Below, piece by piece: positions 48,586 through 57,878 of a stretch of 64,000 bases of DNA. A program made the translations under genes and the position numbers. Source of the DNA: Patescibacteria group bacterium (lineage in GTDB: Bacteria > Patescibacteriota > Microgenomatia > UBA1400 > PJMF01); NCBI GenBank assembly GCA_041747555.1, contig JBGTEY010000010.1, positions 2,958-66,957 on the forward strand, given 5' to 3'. Position 1 is the first letter of the stretch; every line of letters begins with the position of its first letter. The notes beneath the pieces are model-generated. The model was given only the letters and a program-made list of their open reading frames with translations. It ran no database searches and was not told the origin of the DNA.

Positions 48586-49356
48586 TTAGAGATATTTCTC
48601 AATAGTAACCTTGATTTGTTCGAAGGGAAGTGCTCCTGGTATTAATTCCTGGACACCGTCTTCGGTAACAATGAATGTACCTGGTGTACCGCTCACGCCA
48701 GCTGTTGTGCCAGCAGCCATTTGCTCCTGAACTTTTCCAGCCATGATGTCGTTATCGATACAGCCTTGAACGTTATCTGGATTTGCACCGGCTTCTTCAC
48801 CGAGGCTAGCCAGATCTTCAAGCGGGAAACCTGTACCACTTGCTGTGGTTCGCTCGAAGTATAGGTCGACAAATTTCCAGAATGCTTCGTCGCCTGCATC
48901 TGCACCTACACACTCTGCAGCTTCAGCAGCTTTTTGTGCATACTGATGGAATGAAAGAGGGTAGTGTCTCATTACCCATTTGACGTCGCCATCATATTCT
49001 TCCATAACCTGTAGCATCGTTTCATGATGTCTTTGACAGAATGGACATTCTAAATCTGAATACTCAACAAGTGTAATCTTTGCATCATCAGCTCCGCGAG
49101 AGTATTCATTCTCATCGACTGGTGGCATCTGTGCAATTTGATCAGCTGTTGGACCTGCTGGTGCAGTTGGTTGTTGGCCAGCTGCTGTGGGTGCGCCGGC
49201 AGTGCCTGCACCACTTCCAAGGAGTTGATTTTCTGTCCAGAGGGAACCAGCAAAGGCGCCTCCAACAAAAAATACTCCAACCAAGAGTATCAGTCCAAAA
49301 TTATTGTTTATAAATGAGAGCACGCTACTCAGCGAAAACGGGTTTTCTTGTGCCAT
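48586..49356 (-). CDS. DsbA-family thiol-disulfide oxidoreductase, membrane-anchored
   Basis: EYSDLECPFC, RHYPL, GVSGTPG, GALP; AAAGGAGG SD. Confidence 0.92.
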   Translation of the reverse strand: MAQENPFSLSSVLSFINNNFGLILLVGVFFVGGAFAGSLWTENQLLGSGAGTAGAPTAAGQQPTAPAGPTADQIAQMPPVDENEYSRGADDAKITLVEYSDLECPFCQRHHETMLQVMEEYDGDVKWVMRHYPLSFHQYAQKAAEAAECVGADAGDEAFWKFVDLYFERTTASGTGFPLEDLASLGEEAGANPDNVQGCIDNDIMAGKVQEQMAAGTTAGVSGTPGTFIVTEDGVQELIPGALPFEQIKVTIEKYL

Positions 49357-49370
49357 AAATCCTCCTTTAC

Positions 49371-49387
49371 TACTACGATTCGTAGTA
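49371..49387. promoter_or_regulatory. palindromic operator, probably for BlaI/CopY
   Basis: TACTACGA-T-TCGTAGTA perfect inverted repeat next to the dsbA SD. Confidence 0.65.
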
Positions 49388-49408
49388 TTTAATACTTTGT
49401 ATTGAGTG

Positions 49409-50278
49409 TCAAGTGTCAGGCGTTTCTGCCGGACTAAAGTTCTTATTTTCAGTCATGGTTCCTCTGCCCATGCAGGTTGAAATACAGTCTCTTAGTGTGC
49501 ACGAGGCAGGTTGTTTTTGCACAATCTGTGCTTGAACGGGTTGTAATAAATGCCAACTATACACCACTGTCCAGAAGATACCAACTACGAGTGAGGTGAG
49601 GATTTTGAGGGGTGCAATACGGAGTTGGCTAGACTTTAGGTTGCGATGAGAAGTCAATCTATTGCGAGAATTATTAATGTCTGCAAAGTGTGCACCAACC
49701 AATGGAAATTGATCACTCGAGGTAATTGTATCCAATGCCTGCTGTACGTAGCGAGACGTCCCTTGTTTTTTGATTACAAATTGATCTGCTGCGTGCTCTG
49801 CGGAAGCTTTGATATGGACTTCAATATCGTGGAAGAAAGGTACTACAACACGAATGCCTCTAATTCCAAGTAAAAGTATTGCAATTCTTGAGTCGTGATT
49901 TTGCAGATGATGGAGCTCGTGGAGGAACACAGCTTCTAATTGGTTATTGCTGAGCGCATTAATCAAGCCTGTCGACAAATAAACCTTAGGTTGAATAATT
50001 CCGGCAGTGAATGCGGCATGGGATGGTTGGGGGAGTTGGATAATTTTGTGAGTAGGGAAATCATGTTTTTTGCAGAGTGAGATAAGGCGTGCATCGAGTT
50101 TTGCTTTTGGCTTCTTGTATAAGTACATTCCAACTGCAAGTGCTGTTAGTACTGCCCAAACTGCATATCCAAACACCGCAATTCCACCCAATCGTTGTAG
50201 TGCAACAATCCAAATATCTGACTCGATGATCATCAGTCCGACTGCCGCGCATGAAGAAATAAAGTCATTTGGGGTCAT
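49409..50278 (-). CDS. M56/BlaR1-like membrane metallopeptidase
   Basis: AFTAGII.P..YLSTGL, HELHH, E..AD. Confidence 0.88.
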   Translation of the reverse strand: MTPNDFISSCAAVGLMIIESDIWIVALQRLGGIAVFGYAVWAVLTALAVGMYLYKKPKAKLDARLISLCKKHDFPTHKIIQLPQPSHAAFTAGIIQPKVYLSTGLINALSNNQLEAVFLHELHHLQNHDSRIAILLLGIRGIRVVVPFFHDIEVHIKASAEHAADQFVIKKQGTSRYVQQALDTITSSDQFPLVGAHFADINNSRNRLTSHRNLKSSQLRIAPLKILTSLVVGIFWTVVYSWHLLQPVQAQIVQKQPASCTLRDCISTCMGRGTMTENKNFSPAETPDT

Positions 50279-50281
50279 GGC

Positions 50282-50638
50282 TTATGTATCATTCTTTAAT
50301 TCAAATTCACTTTGGAATCGCGCAGTTTCTTTGGTAAATGCAACAACGGCCTCATGGCCATATTTAGAAACGAATTGATCGACGGTTTGTTTTACCATAT
50401 TTCTTACAAAACTGTCTTTATTGGTGGCAGGTTGATAGACATGATGTCTGCCTTCTTTGGTGCGAGTAACCACACCTTTTCTGCTCAATCTTCTGAGAAC
50501 GGTGAGAACCGTGGTGTAGGCAACCTTTTTATACTTCAAAATTAAGTTCTGCTGTATAGCATGTACAGTTGCAGGTTGCTGCCAAATGATTTCCATAACG
50601 GCTTGTTCGAGCTGTCCAAGTGAGGGTGAGATGGGCAT
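50282..50638 (-). CDS. BlaI/MecI/CopY-family repressor
   Basis: LGQLEQAVMEIIW, AYTTVLTVLRRLSRKG. Confidence 0.93.
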   Translation of the reverse strand: MPISPSLGQLEQAVMEIIWQQPATVHAIQQNLILKYKKVAYTTVLTVLRRLSRKGVVTRTKEGRHHVYQPATNKDSFVRNMVKQTVDQFVSKYGHEAVVAFTKETARFQSEFELKNDT

Positions 50639-50675
50639 ATGAAATTAGTATAGCATGGTGAAATGGGTTGAAAAT

Positions 50676-50942
50676 TTAGCTCAATTGTAAAAATTGAAGT
50701 AACGAAGCACGAAGTCTCTTTCCCACTGCTGAATCCGGCATTCCCAGCTCATCCAGAGTTGCTTCAACTTCAGTTTCAGAAAGCTGAATATCCATCTGAA
50801 ATTCGGGTGCATTTGTGACGACAGTAGCTTCTGAGCTGTCCGACAACCGTATGGCCAAAAGCTGTAAATCCGCACGTTTCTCAGCAATCTCAGTAAGCAG
50901 TGTCAGTTCCGCTTTTGATAATCGAACAATTCCACGTTTCAT
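50676..50942 (-). CDS. hypothetical protein
   Basis: 88 aa ORF; GGAG SD. Confidence 0.6.
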   Translation of the reverse strand: MKRGIVRLSKAELTLLTEIAEKRADLQLLAIRLSDSSEATVVTNAPEFQMDIQLSETEVEATLDELGMPDSAVGKRLRASLLQFLQLS

Positions 50943-50978
50943 ATAAATCTCCGTATGCTAGGATTAGCATACAACAGT

Positions 50979-52241
50979 ATGCAAGCTTTAATCACCTATT
51001 CAACAAAATTTTTGTATAAAGATGTCGCTGATGGTCTCTTTATTACCCAGGAAATTCAAGATCAAACTGCAGATCAGTGCACGAGTGCTATCACGGTAGT
51101 AGAGTCACGATTGTTGAGTCGCGAGTATCCTTTTATTGAAGTTCTTCGAGATGAGGATCTCATAGCAGAAGCCAAATCCGTTTTTGAGCAAATTTCTTGG
51201 GCAGAGACGATGGTCGTAATTGGCATAGGCGGCTCAAATTTGGGCGGAATTGCACTCCAGGGAGTTTTTGGAAGTGAGTCTGCACCGATGGAGGTTATTT
51301 TTCATGGTGATTCCCCCGATCCGGTGGCAATTGATCGTGTGTTGGCTCGGATTTCACTAGAAAAATCTGTTTTTGTAATTATTTCAAAATCAGGTCAGAC
51401 AGTTGAGACTATGGCGCAGTATGCGTTTTTCCGTTCTAAGTATAAAAATTCAGATACTTGGCAAAAGCATTTTGTGTTTATTACCGATCCCGAGGACGGC
51501 ATATTGCGTACCGAGGCGCAAGAGCATGGAGTGACCACCCTTCCTGTATCCCCCGGTGTTGGCGGGCGTTTTTCTGTCCTTACGCCAGTTGGATATCTGC
51601 CTGCGCTCGGTATGGGAATTAATATAGACCAACTTAGAACTGGCGCGCTCAAATTTGCTGAAGATAGTGAAATGAGATCAATTTCGCAACAGATTGCCAC
51701 AACCCAATTTCAATTATTTAAACAAAACTGCAAGGTCGTCGCCTGCATGCCTTATGCCACTCAACTCGATGAATTTGCCCGATGGTTCAGGCAATTATGG
51801 GCAGAGTCTTTGGGTAAAAATGGGACAGGTATATTGCCGGTTCAATCAAGTGGTCCTGCAGATCAGCACTCGCAGCTGCAATTTTATAATGAAGGAAGCA
51901 AAATGCTGTCGGTGTTGTTTCTGACCGTCAGAGATTTGCAAACTGATCATCAATTAACTGAAATCGAGCAGCCAGAGTTAGAGCACCTCAATGGCTGGAA
52001 AATGAGTCAAATTCTTGAAATTGAGCAATCGTCTACCGCGCAGTCTCTGCATAACAATAATACTCCGTCAGCAACGATTCAACTCGACCGCGTCACACCA
52101 GAATCCATAGGGCATTTATTTATGCTTTTTGAACTTGCAGTCGTGTATTTAGCAGAGCTTTTGCAGGTGAATGCGTTTGATCAGCCTGGGGTTGAGGAGA
52201 GTAAAGTATTGATACAGAGGTCATTAAGAAGTAATCGATGA
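50979..52241 (+). CDS. pgi: glucose-6-phosphate isomerase
   Basis: GIGGSNLG, SKSGQTVET, GGRFSV, QLWAESLGK, DQHSQLQ, FDQPGVEESK. Confidence 0.95.
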   Translation: MQALITYSTKFLYKDVADGLFITQEIQDQTADQCTSAITVVESRLLSREYPFIEVLRDEDLIAEAKSVFEQISWAETMVVIGIGGSNLGGIALQGVFGSESAPMEVIFHGDSPDPVAIDRVLARISLEKSVFVIISKSGQTVETMAQYAFFRSKYKNSDTWQKHFVFITDPEDGILRTEAQEHGVTTLPVSPGVGGRFSVLTPVGYLPALGMGINIDQLRTGALKFAEDSEMRSISQQIATTQFQLFKQNCKVVACMPYATQLDEFARWFRQLWAESLGKNGTGILPVQSSGPADQHSQLQFYNEGSKMLSVLFLTVRDLQTDHQLTEIEQPELEHLNGWKMSQILEIEQSSTAQSLHNNNTPSATIQLDRVTPESIGHLFMLFELAVVYLAELLQVNAFDQPGVEESKVLIQRSLRSNR

Positions 52242-52356
52242 GGAGTGTATCCTTTAATATAATCCGGTGGTGGGCTCATTTCTTTTCAGAGACTTATTCA
52301 ATGAAGCAGAATCTCAGTAAAAAAGCGCTCGAAAAGTACGTATCATCTCAAAAAAA

Positions 52357-52749
52357 CTACTGAAGGTACGTGTTTACGATCCAAACGGTCACCGCAGAAA
52401 CCGAGGCTCCCAGCACACTTCCCCAAATCATGTCCACGATCGTTACCAAAAGTGGCCAGTCCTTGAGCGTAGCCAGATTAGTAAGGTCGTACGTGGCGTA
52501 GGTCACTAGACCAAAAAATGCACCATAAATCAATGCATTTCTAATTGATTCTGTTTCTACCGCAGGTGCAATTACGAAGAAACTCAACGCAGCTATAAAG
52601 AGCGCATAAAATACCAGTGCAGCTGCCCAGTTCACATCTGCCCTCAATAGATGTCCTATTTGAGCTGCATAAAATTGGCGAGCAACCAAGCCCAACCAAA
52701 TCATGTCAATTATAAAAAAAGTGGTAAGTGCCACAAGGTAGATTTTCAT
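52357..52749 (-). CDS. DUF2177 membrane protein
   Basis: DMIWLG....FY, YATYDLTNLATLKDWP...DMIWG. Confidence 0.88.
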   Translation of the reverse strand: MKIYLVALTTFFIIDMIWLGLVARQFYAAQIGHLLRADVNWAAALVFYALFIAALSFFVIAPAVETESIRNALIYGAFFGLVTYATYDLTNLATLKDWPLLVTIVDMIWGSVLGASVSAVTVWIVNTYLQ

Positions 52750-52871
52750 ACACTTCAGTATATCAGTAAGCGGGTCACGATCCAAATCAAACTAGATATA
52801 GTATAATCCCATAAATATTCATTTTGTTGTTATTGTGATATAATTGTACTCAGTAATTACTATTTTTTTAT

Positions 52872-53450
52872 ATGTCGAAACAGACTCCAGAGAGACCTTC
52901 AAATCACGCAGTAGAAACAGTGGCAGCTGTAGAATTTGGCGAGCCACAGACAGAAGCCTTGAGACTTTCGCTCGCAATTTATAACGCAATTAAAGCAACA
53001 ACAGATGCTATCAGTATTCTAATAGATCAAAAAACTGCGATTCTAAGTAAAGTTGACAGCGCGAGTGTAGCAGCAGCTGATGAATCAGACCTAGCATTAT
53101 TTGCTCAATTAGATGGTCCAGAAATGAAGGTTGTGAATAGAATTGACCGACTCATTACCTTTTTTAAAAATCATATAAACATACTTACAGAGGTATATGG
53201 CGAATTCGTTGGTGACAGTATGGTTAGTGAAGAGGAAGAGATTTGGGATCAACCAGAAGATGAAGTAGCAAACCAGTCGAGTGCAGCTACTGAAAAAATC
53301 AGGGCCACACTTTCTAACTACGCAGACGTATTTGAAGTTGAACTTCAGCATTATGCTGAAAGATATGGTGATTTTCCAGAAGAAGTAGTTGCATTGCTTC
53401 CACAAATGAGTCCAAATGTGGAATCTAATGATATGGAACAAGCTCAATAA
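52872..53450 (+). CDS. acidic hypothetical protein
   Basis: 192 aa ORF; no motif recognised. Confidence 0.6.
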   Translation: MSKQTPERPSNHAVETVAAVEFGEPQTEALRLSLAIYNAIKATTDAISILIDQKTAILSKVDSASVAAADESDLALFAQLDGPEMKVVNRIDRLITFFKNHINILTEVYGEFVGDSMVSEEEEIWDQPEDEVANQSSAATEKIRATLSNYADVFEVELQHYAERYGDFPEEVVALLPQMSPNVESNDMEQAQ

Positions 53451-55123
53451 TTAGTAGAAAGCTCTCGTTCCACAAACAAAACTGCCTGGTTTGCCCGTTC
53501 AAAGACATGTTCGTCTCCAATAACTGAGATGGCTTTTGACTCAACCATCATTGTGACTAAATTCCGTCGCAATCCAGTCAACAGCACCGTAATATCCGAT
53601 CGCCGCAAATCAAACACCAACGCTTCAAGTTCATCAATTGCAGTCGAGTCCATAAAATTGACATGCTCAGCAAATAGCAGCACATAATTAACGTCATCAT
53701 AAACTTTGGTAGCGCGCTCGATTTGTTCGCGGATTGACTCCGCATTGGTAAAGAGCAAGTTGTGGTCAAACAGTACCGCTAGTATTTTATCGCTGACTTT
53801 AGATTTTTTAAGCTTGATTCCATGAATTTTTAGCTGCTCCTTGTCTGAACACAAAAATGTTTGAATCGATGGCTTAGACACTCGGTGCGCAAATACCAGC
53901 AAAGATAAACTAACTCCAACCACAATTCCATAATCAATCGTTGGCGCAAATGCAATTGTGGCAACAAATGTTCCCACAGCCACTGCGCCGTCGTGGACGT
54001 GTGTTCTGAGCAGAGTGATAATTTCTCTAAAGGTTACTAGGTCGATCACTGCAATAATAATCACCGCGGCCAAAGTAGCATGAGGTAAGTAATATAAAAA
54101 CCCAGTAAAAAATGCCAGAGTAATTCCAATCGTCAGTGCCGTCGCAATCGCTGCCAAATTAGTCTTGGCACCACTAGCAAAACTGAGTGCAGAGCGAGAA
54201 AATGAACCAGCAACTGGATATCCACCACTGAATCCCGAAGTCAAGTTACTCAAGCCCTGACCAACCAAGAGCTGATTAGGGTCAACTCGAGTGCCTGTTT
54301 TTCTAGCCAGACTTTTTGCAATCGTTACTGCTTCCATAAATGCTACTAAAGCAATAACCAACGCAGGCAACAGTAAGCCACGCACATCTACACCAGTGAG
54401 CTCGGGCACACTGAGAGATGGAAGACCAGCAGGAACTGCTCCAACCACGCCACCCGCATACCCGGTTACCCAGCTAAAAATTGTAGCAGCTGCTAGGACT
54501 ATCAAGGTAGTTGGCATTTTGACCGCAATTCTTTTTCCTACATAGAGTGCAATAAAAGAAAGTAGTCCCATCCAAAAACTGGTGAGATTAATTTGATGCA
54601 TCTCTGGCAAAACTTTGAGAAATCCAAGAAGAATGTGTGAGCTATCTGACAACTCAATCGATAAAATCTTAGGCACTTGATGGAGCGCAATAATCAGCGC
54701 TGCAGCATTAGTGAATCCGAGCATGACTGGATGGGACACAAGTCTGATGAGTTTGCCGGCTTTGGCAATACCTAAGAAAAGCTGGATACCTCCTACCAAA
54801 AATGCCAAAACTATAGCTCCAGCAATAAACTGCGCGGTTCCTGCAGTAGCAACTTCACTGAGTGTGGTAAACACCAAGAGTGAGACAATAACCACTGGGC
54901 CAGTTGATAAGTACAGCGACGAACCCCAAATTGCTGCAATGAGCACTGGTAGAAAACTAGCATACAAACCAACTTCGGGTGGAAGCCCTGCCATTTGCGC
55001 ATAGGCAAGGGCTTGGGGTACTAAAATGATCGCCACACTGACACCGGCTAGAATATCTTGCTTCCAGGTTTTTTTGGCCAATGGAATCCACGAGTTGAAC
55101 GGATTGAGTGGTAGGGCAGACAC
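53444..55123 (-). CDS. SulP/SLC26 anion permease with STAS domain
   Basis: DILAG......VPQALAYAQMAG, STGP, GSFSRSA, C-terminal NFMDSTA STAS. Confidence 0.94.
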   Translation of the reverse strand: MSALPLNPFNSWIPLAKKTWKQDILAGVSVAIILVPQALAYAQMAGLPPEVGLYASFLPVLIAAIWGSSLYLSTGPVVIVSLLVFTTLSEVATAGTAQFIAGAIVLAFLVGGIQLFLGIAKAGKLIRLVSHPVMLGFTNAAALIIALHQVPKILSIELSDSSHILLGFLKVLPEMHQINLTSFWMGLLSFIALYVGKRIAVKMPTTLIVLAAATIFSWVTGYAGGVVGAVPAGLPSLSVPELTGVDVRGLLLPALVIALVAFMEAVTIAKSLARKTGTRVDPNQLLVGQGLSNLTSGFSGGYPVAGSFSRSALSFASGAKTNLAAIATALTIGITLAFFTGFLYYLPHATLAAVIIIAVIDLVTFREIITLLRTHVHDGAVAVGTFVATIAFAPTIDYGIVVGVSLSLLVFAHRVSKPSIQTFLCSDKEQLKIHGIKLKKSKVSDKILAVLFDHNLLFTNAESIREQIERATKVYDDVNYVLLFAEHVNFMDSTAIDELEALVFDLRRSDITVLLTGLRRNLVTMMVESKAISVIGDEHVFERANQAVLFVERELSTNY

Positions 55124-55205
55124 CTATGTAATGTAACACAAATACCTTCATGTCATCACTTCCACTGTACGTGATGAGTACCGGGACGGTATACTTATCA
55201 AACGT

Positions 55206-57368
55206 ATGCCTGCCGCCCATCACTTACGACCATTATTTCAACCGCTTTCTGTGGCAGTTGTTGGAGCATCCAGAGAAGAGAAAAAATTAGGTCACATTAT
55301 TGTTCGAAATATCATTGAATCAGGCTTTGAAGGCAAAGTATTTCCCGTTAATCCCAAAGCAGAGGCCGTTCGTGGATTGTCCTGCTATCCAGAATATAGT
55401 GCTCTGCCAGAGACCCCTGATTTGGCAATAATAGCCATCCCTGCAGCATTTATTCTCAAGACGCTTGAGCAAATTTCTAAAAAAGGTACCAAGCACGTGG
55501 TCATTCTCAGTGCTGGGTTTAAAGAAATCGGTGATGAAGGGATCAAATTAGAAGCTGAAATTGTGGAGTATGCCAGTAAAAAAGGCATGTATATCCTGGG
55601 TCCCAATTGCCTCGGGTTTGTAACTGCGCGACATCCAATCAATGCGACATTTGGTCAAGGTATTGAAAATACCGGCAACTTGCGGTTTATTTCTCAGTCA
55701 GGTGCGATTGCGACGAGTATTTTTGATTGGTCGGCGTTCACAGGTGTGGGATTTAGTGATTTTGTAACTTTAGGAAATAAGGCAGTATTAGCTGAGCACG
55801 ATATTCTTGAATACTGGTTGCACGAAACACCACTTGGGAGTTCTGACGCTGAACTACAAGGCTATCATCCTGTTGGTCTTTATCTGGAATCAATCACCGA
55901 TGGTAAAAAATTCTTAGAACTTGCGCAAAAAATTACCAAAAATAGCCCCATGTTCATGATCAAGCCAGGCAAATCCGATGCAGCCAAAAAAGCAATGCAG
56001 TCACACACGGGTTCCCTTGCAGGTGATGATGTAGTTCTCAGCCAAGCGCTTGATGAAGTTGGAGTGATTCGTTGTGAAGGTCTCGAGGATGTATTTGATT
56101 TATCAAGACTTTTTGCCTGGACCAAAGCACCCACTGGCCCGAGAATTGCAGTCATCTCAAATGCAGGAGGACCGGCTGTCATGAGTAGCGACATCATTGC
56201 GGCAGAAGGCCTTGAGCTTGCAGAGATAGACGCTGCCACGCATCGCAAACTTGAAAAACACTTACCGAGAGCTGCAAGTCTTGTCAATCCAATTGACGTG
56301 TTGGGAGACGCACTCGCGGATCGATACGAACAGGCAATTGATACTATTTTTGATGAAGCATCGGTTGATGCGGTTCTAGTCCTGCTCACTCCTCAGGTCA
56401 TGACCCAGATTGAAGAAACAGCTTCAGTGATTGCTCGACTTGCAAAAAAACACCCCAAACCAATTATTTGCTCTTTCATGGGTGGCAGCCAGATTCTAAA
56501 AGGTGAAGAGATTCTCAATGCGGCGCACATTCCGTCATTCAGATTTCCAGAGAGAGCAATCCGCGCACTGGGCAAAATGTGGTGGTGGCAAAACTGGAGA
56601 ACAGAGCAAGAATTTGCACCAGCTAAAAAAATCACCTCAGCGCCAACCAAAAACCTAACGACAAATCACATCAGCAAGATCCTCAAAACCGCACAAAAAC
56701 AAAAAAGAACTACACTCGATAATTTTGAAACCAATACCATCCTTGATATTCTTGGGCTGAATACACCACACACGGCTGTCGTCAAATCTTTTGAAGAAGC
56801 CGAGCTCTTTACCAAAAACGTGGGCGCGCCGGTGGTGCTTAAACTCTCAGCACCAGGATTACTCCACAAAGCAGACGTTGGTGGCGTCATTGCAGGCATA
56901 CGAACCAGAGATGAGTTGAAAAAGGCATTCTCTAGATTAGAAACAGCTTCAAAAAAACTTTCAAAAAAACAGGATTTTTCGATCCAAATTCAAATTCAGC
57001 AACAGGTTGAATCGGGAATCGAAGTGCTGGTGGGAATTAAGAGAGATCCAACCTTTGGCTCAATAGTTTTAATCGGCGCAGGTGGCTCACTAGCTGAAAT
57101 GGTTGGAGATACGCAAATTACGCTTGCGCCCAAAAATTCTTCAGAACTAAAAAGACTACTTGGAAGCACCAAAATTGGCACACTTCTCTCTGGCTACAGA
57201 GGGAGTAAGGCATACGCAATCGATCAATTACTCGAGGTAATTGTCCAGCTCCAATCGCTACTTCACCACGATCAGCTCAGCGAATTTGAAATCAATCCGG
57301 TGATCGTCACCAAAGATACCGCTTGGGTGGTGGACGGTAAAGCAGTGCTGTCATCTACTGACAGTTAG
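55206..57368 (+). CDS. ADP-forming acetate/acyl-CoA ligase (fused alpha-beta)
   Basis: VAVVGAS, GPNCLG, SQSGA, SHTGSLAG, NAGGP, ATP-grasp HKADVGGV, EINP. Confidence 0.93.
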   Translation: MPAAHHLRPLFQPLSVAVVGASREEKKLGHIIVRNIIESGFEGKVFPVNPKAEAVRGLSCYPEYSALPETPDLAIIAIPAAFILKTLEQISKKGTKHVVILSAGFKEIGDEGIKLEAEIVEYASKKGMYILGPNCLGFVTARHPINATFGQGIENTGNLRFISQSGAIATSIFDWSAFTGVGFSDFVTLGNKAVLAEHDILEYWLHETPLGSSDAELQGYHPVGLYLESITDGKKFLELAQKITKNSPMFMIKPGKSDAAKKAMQSHTGSLAGDDVVLSQALDEVGVIRCEGLEDVFDLSRLFAWTKAPTGPRIAVISNAGGPAVMSSDIIAAEGLELAEIDAATHRKLEKHLPRAASLVNPIDVLGDALADRYEQAIDTIFDEASVDAVLVLLTPQVMTQIEETASVIARLAKKHPKPIICSFMGGSQILKGEEILNAAHIPSFRFPERAIRALGKMWWWQNWRTEQEFAPAKKITSAPTKNLTTNHISKILKTAQKQKRTTLDNFETNTILDILGLNTPHTAVVKSFEEAELFTKNVGAPVVLKLSAPGLLHKADVGGVIAGIRTRDELKKAFSRLETASKKLSKKQDFSIQIQIQQQVESGIEVLVGIKRDPTFGSIVLIGAGGSLAEMVGDTQITLAPKNSSELKRLLGSTKIGTLLSGYRGSKAYAIDQLLEVIVQLQSLLHHDQLSEFEINPVIVTKDTAWVVDGKAVLSSTDS

Positions 57369-57392
57369 AGTGCGATCTGATAAAGTATCCGT

Positions 57393-57878
57393 ATGCAACC
57401 AACAACTCAAGATGTCGTTGTGATCTACGCCTCTACTTCAGGTAATACTGAAGCAGTCATTGAGACCGTTGTTGCCGTCTGGAAAGACCGTGGATTGAAC
57501 ACATCAGTGCATCGTGCTGAGCAAGTTGATATTGGATTGATCGATCGTGCTACTTTTTTTCTCCTGGCCACGTCTACATGGGAACATGGAGTAATCAACC
57601 CATTTTTTAAGCCAGTCTACACAGCACTTTCAGAAAAAATGTTAGTAGGAAAATACGCAGCCTTTATCGGCACGGGTGACACTCGATATGAGCCGGTTTT
57701 ATTTTGCGGTGGCATGAATTCACTGCGTGAACGATGGCTCGAGCGAGGGGGTCAAGAAATAGGTCCTCCTCTCAAAATTAACGGAGAGCCGTATCAACAA
57801 TTGCGAACAAGAGTAACCGACTGGGCAGTGGCAGAAGAACTAAAATTTAAAGAAATTATGGCAGTACACACCTCATGA
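57393..57878 (+). CDS. flavodoxin
   Basis: YASTSGNTE, TSTW, GTGDTRY..FCGG. Confidence 0.9.
   Translation: MQPTTQDVVVIYASTSGNTEAVIETVVAVWKDRGLNTSVHRAEQVDIGLIDRATFFLLATSTWEHGVINPFFKPVYTALSEKMLVGKYAAFIGTGDTRYEPVLFCGGMNSLRERWLERGGQEIGPPLKINGEPYQQLRTRVTDWAVAEELKFKEIMAVHTS

Noticed and set aside
49409-50638. Beta-lactam resistance locus
   Set aside because: No beta-lactamase or PBP gene and no penicillin-binding sensor domain
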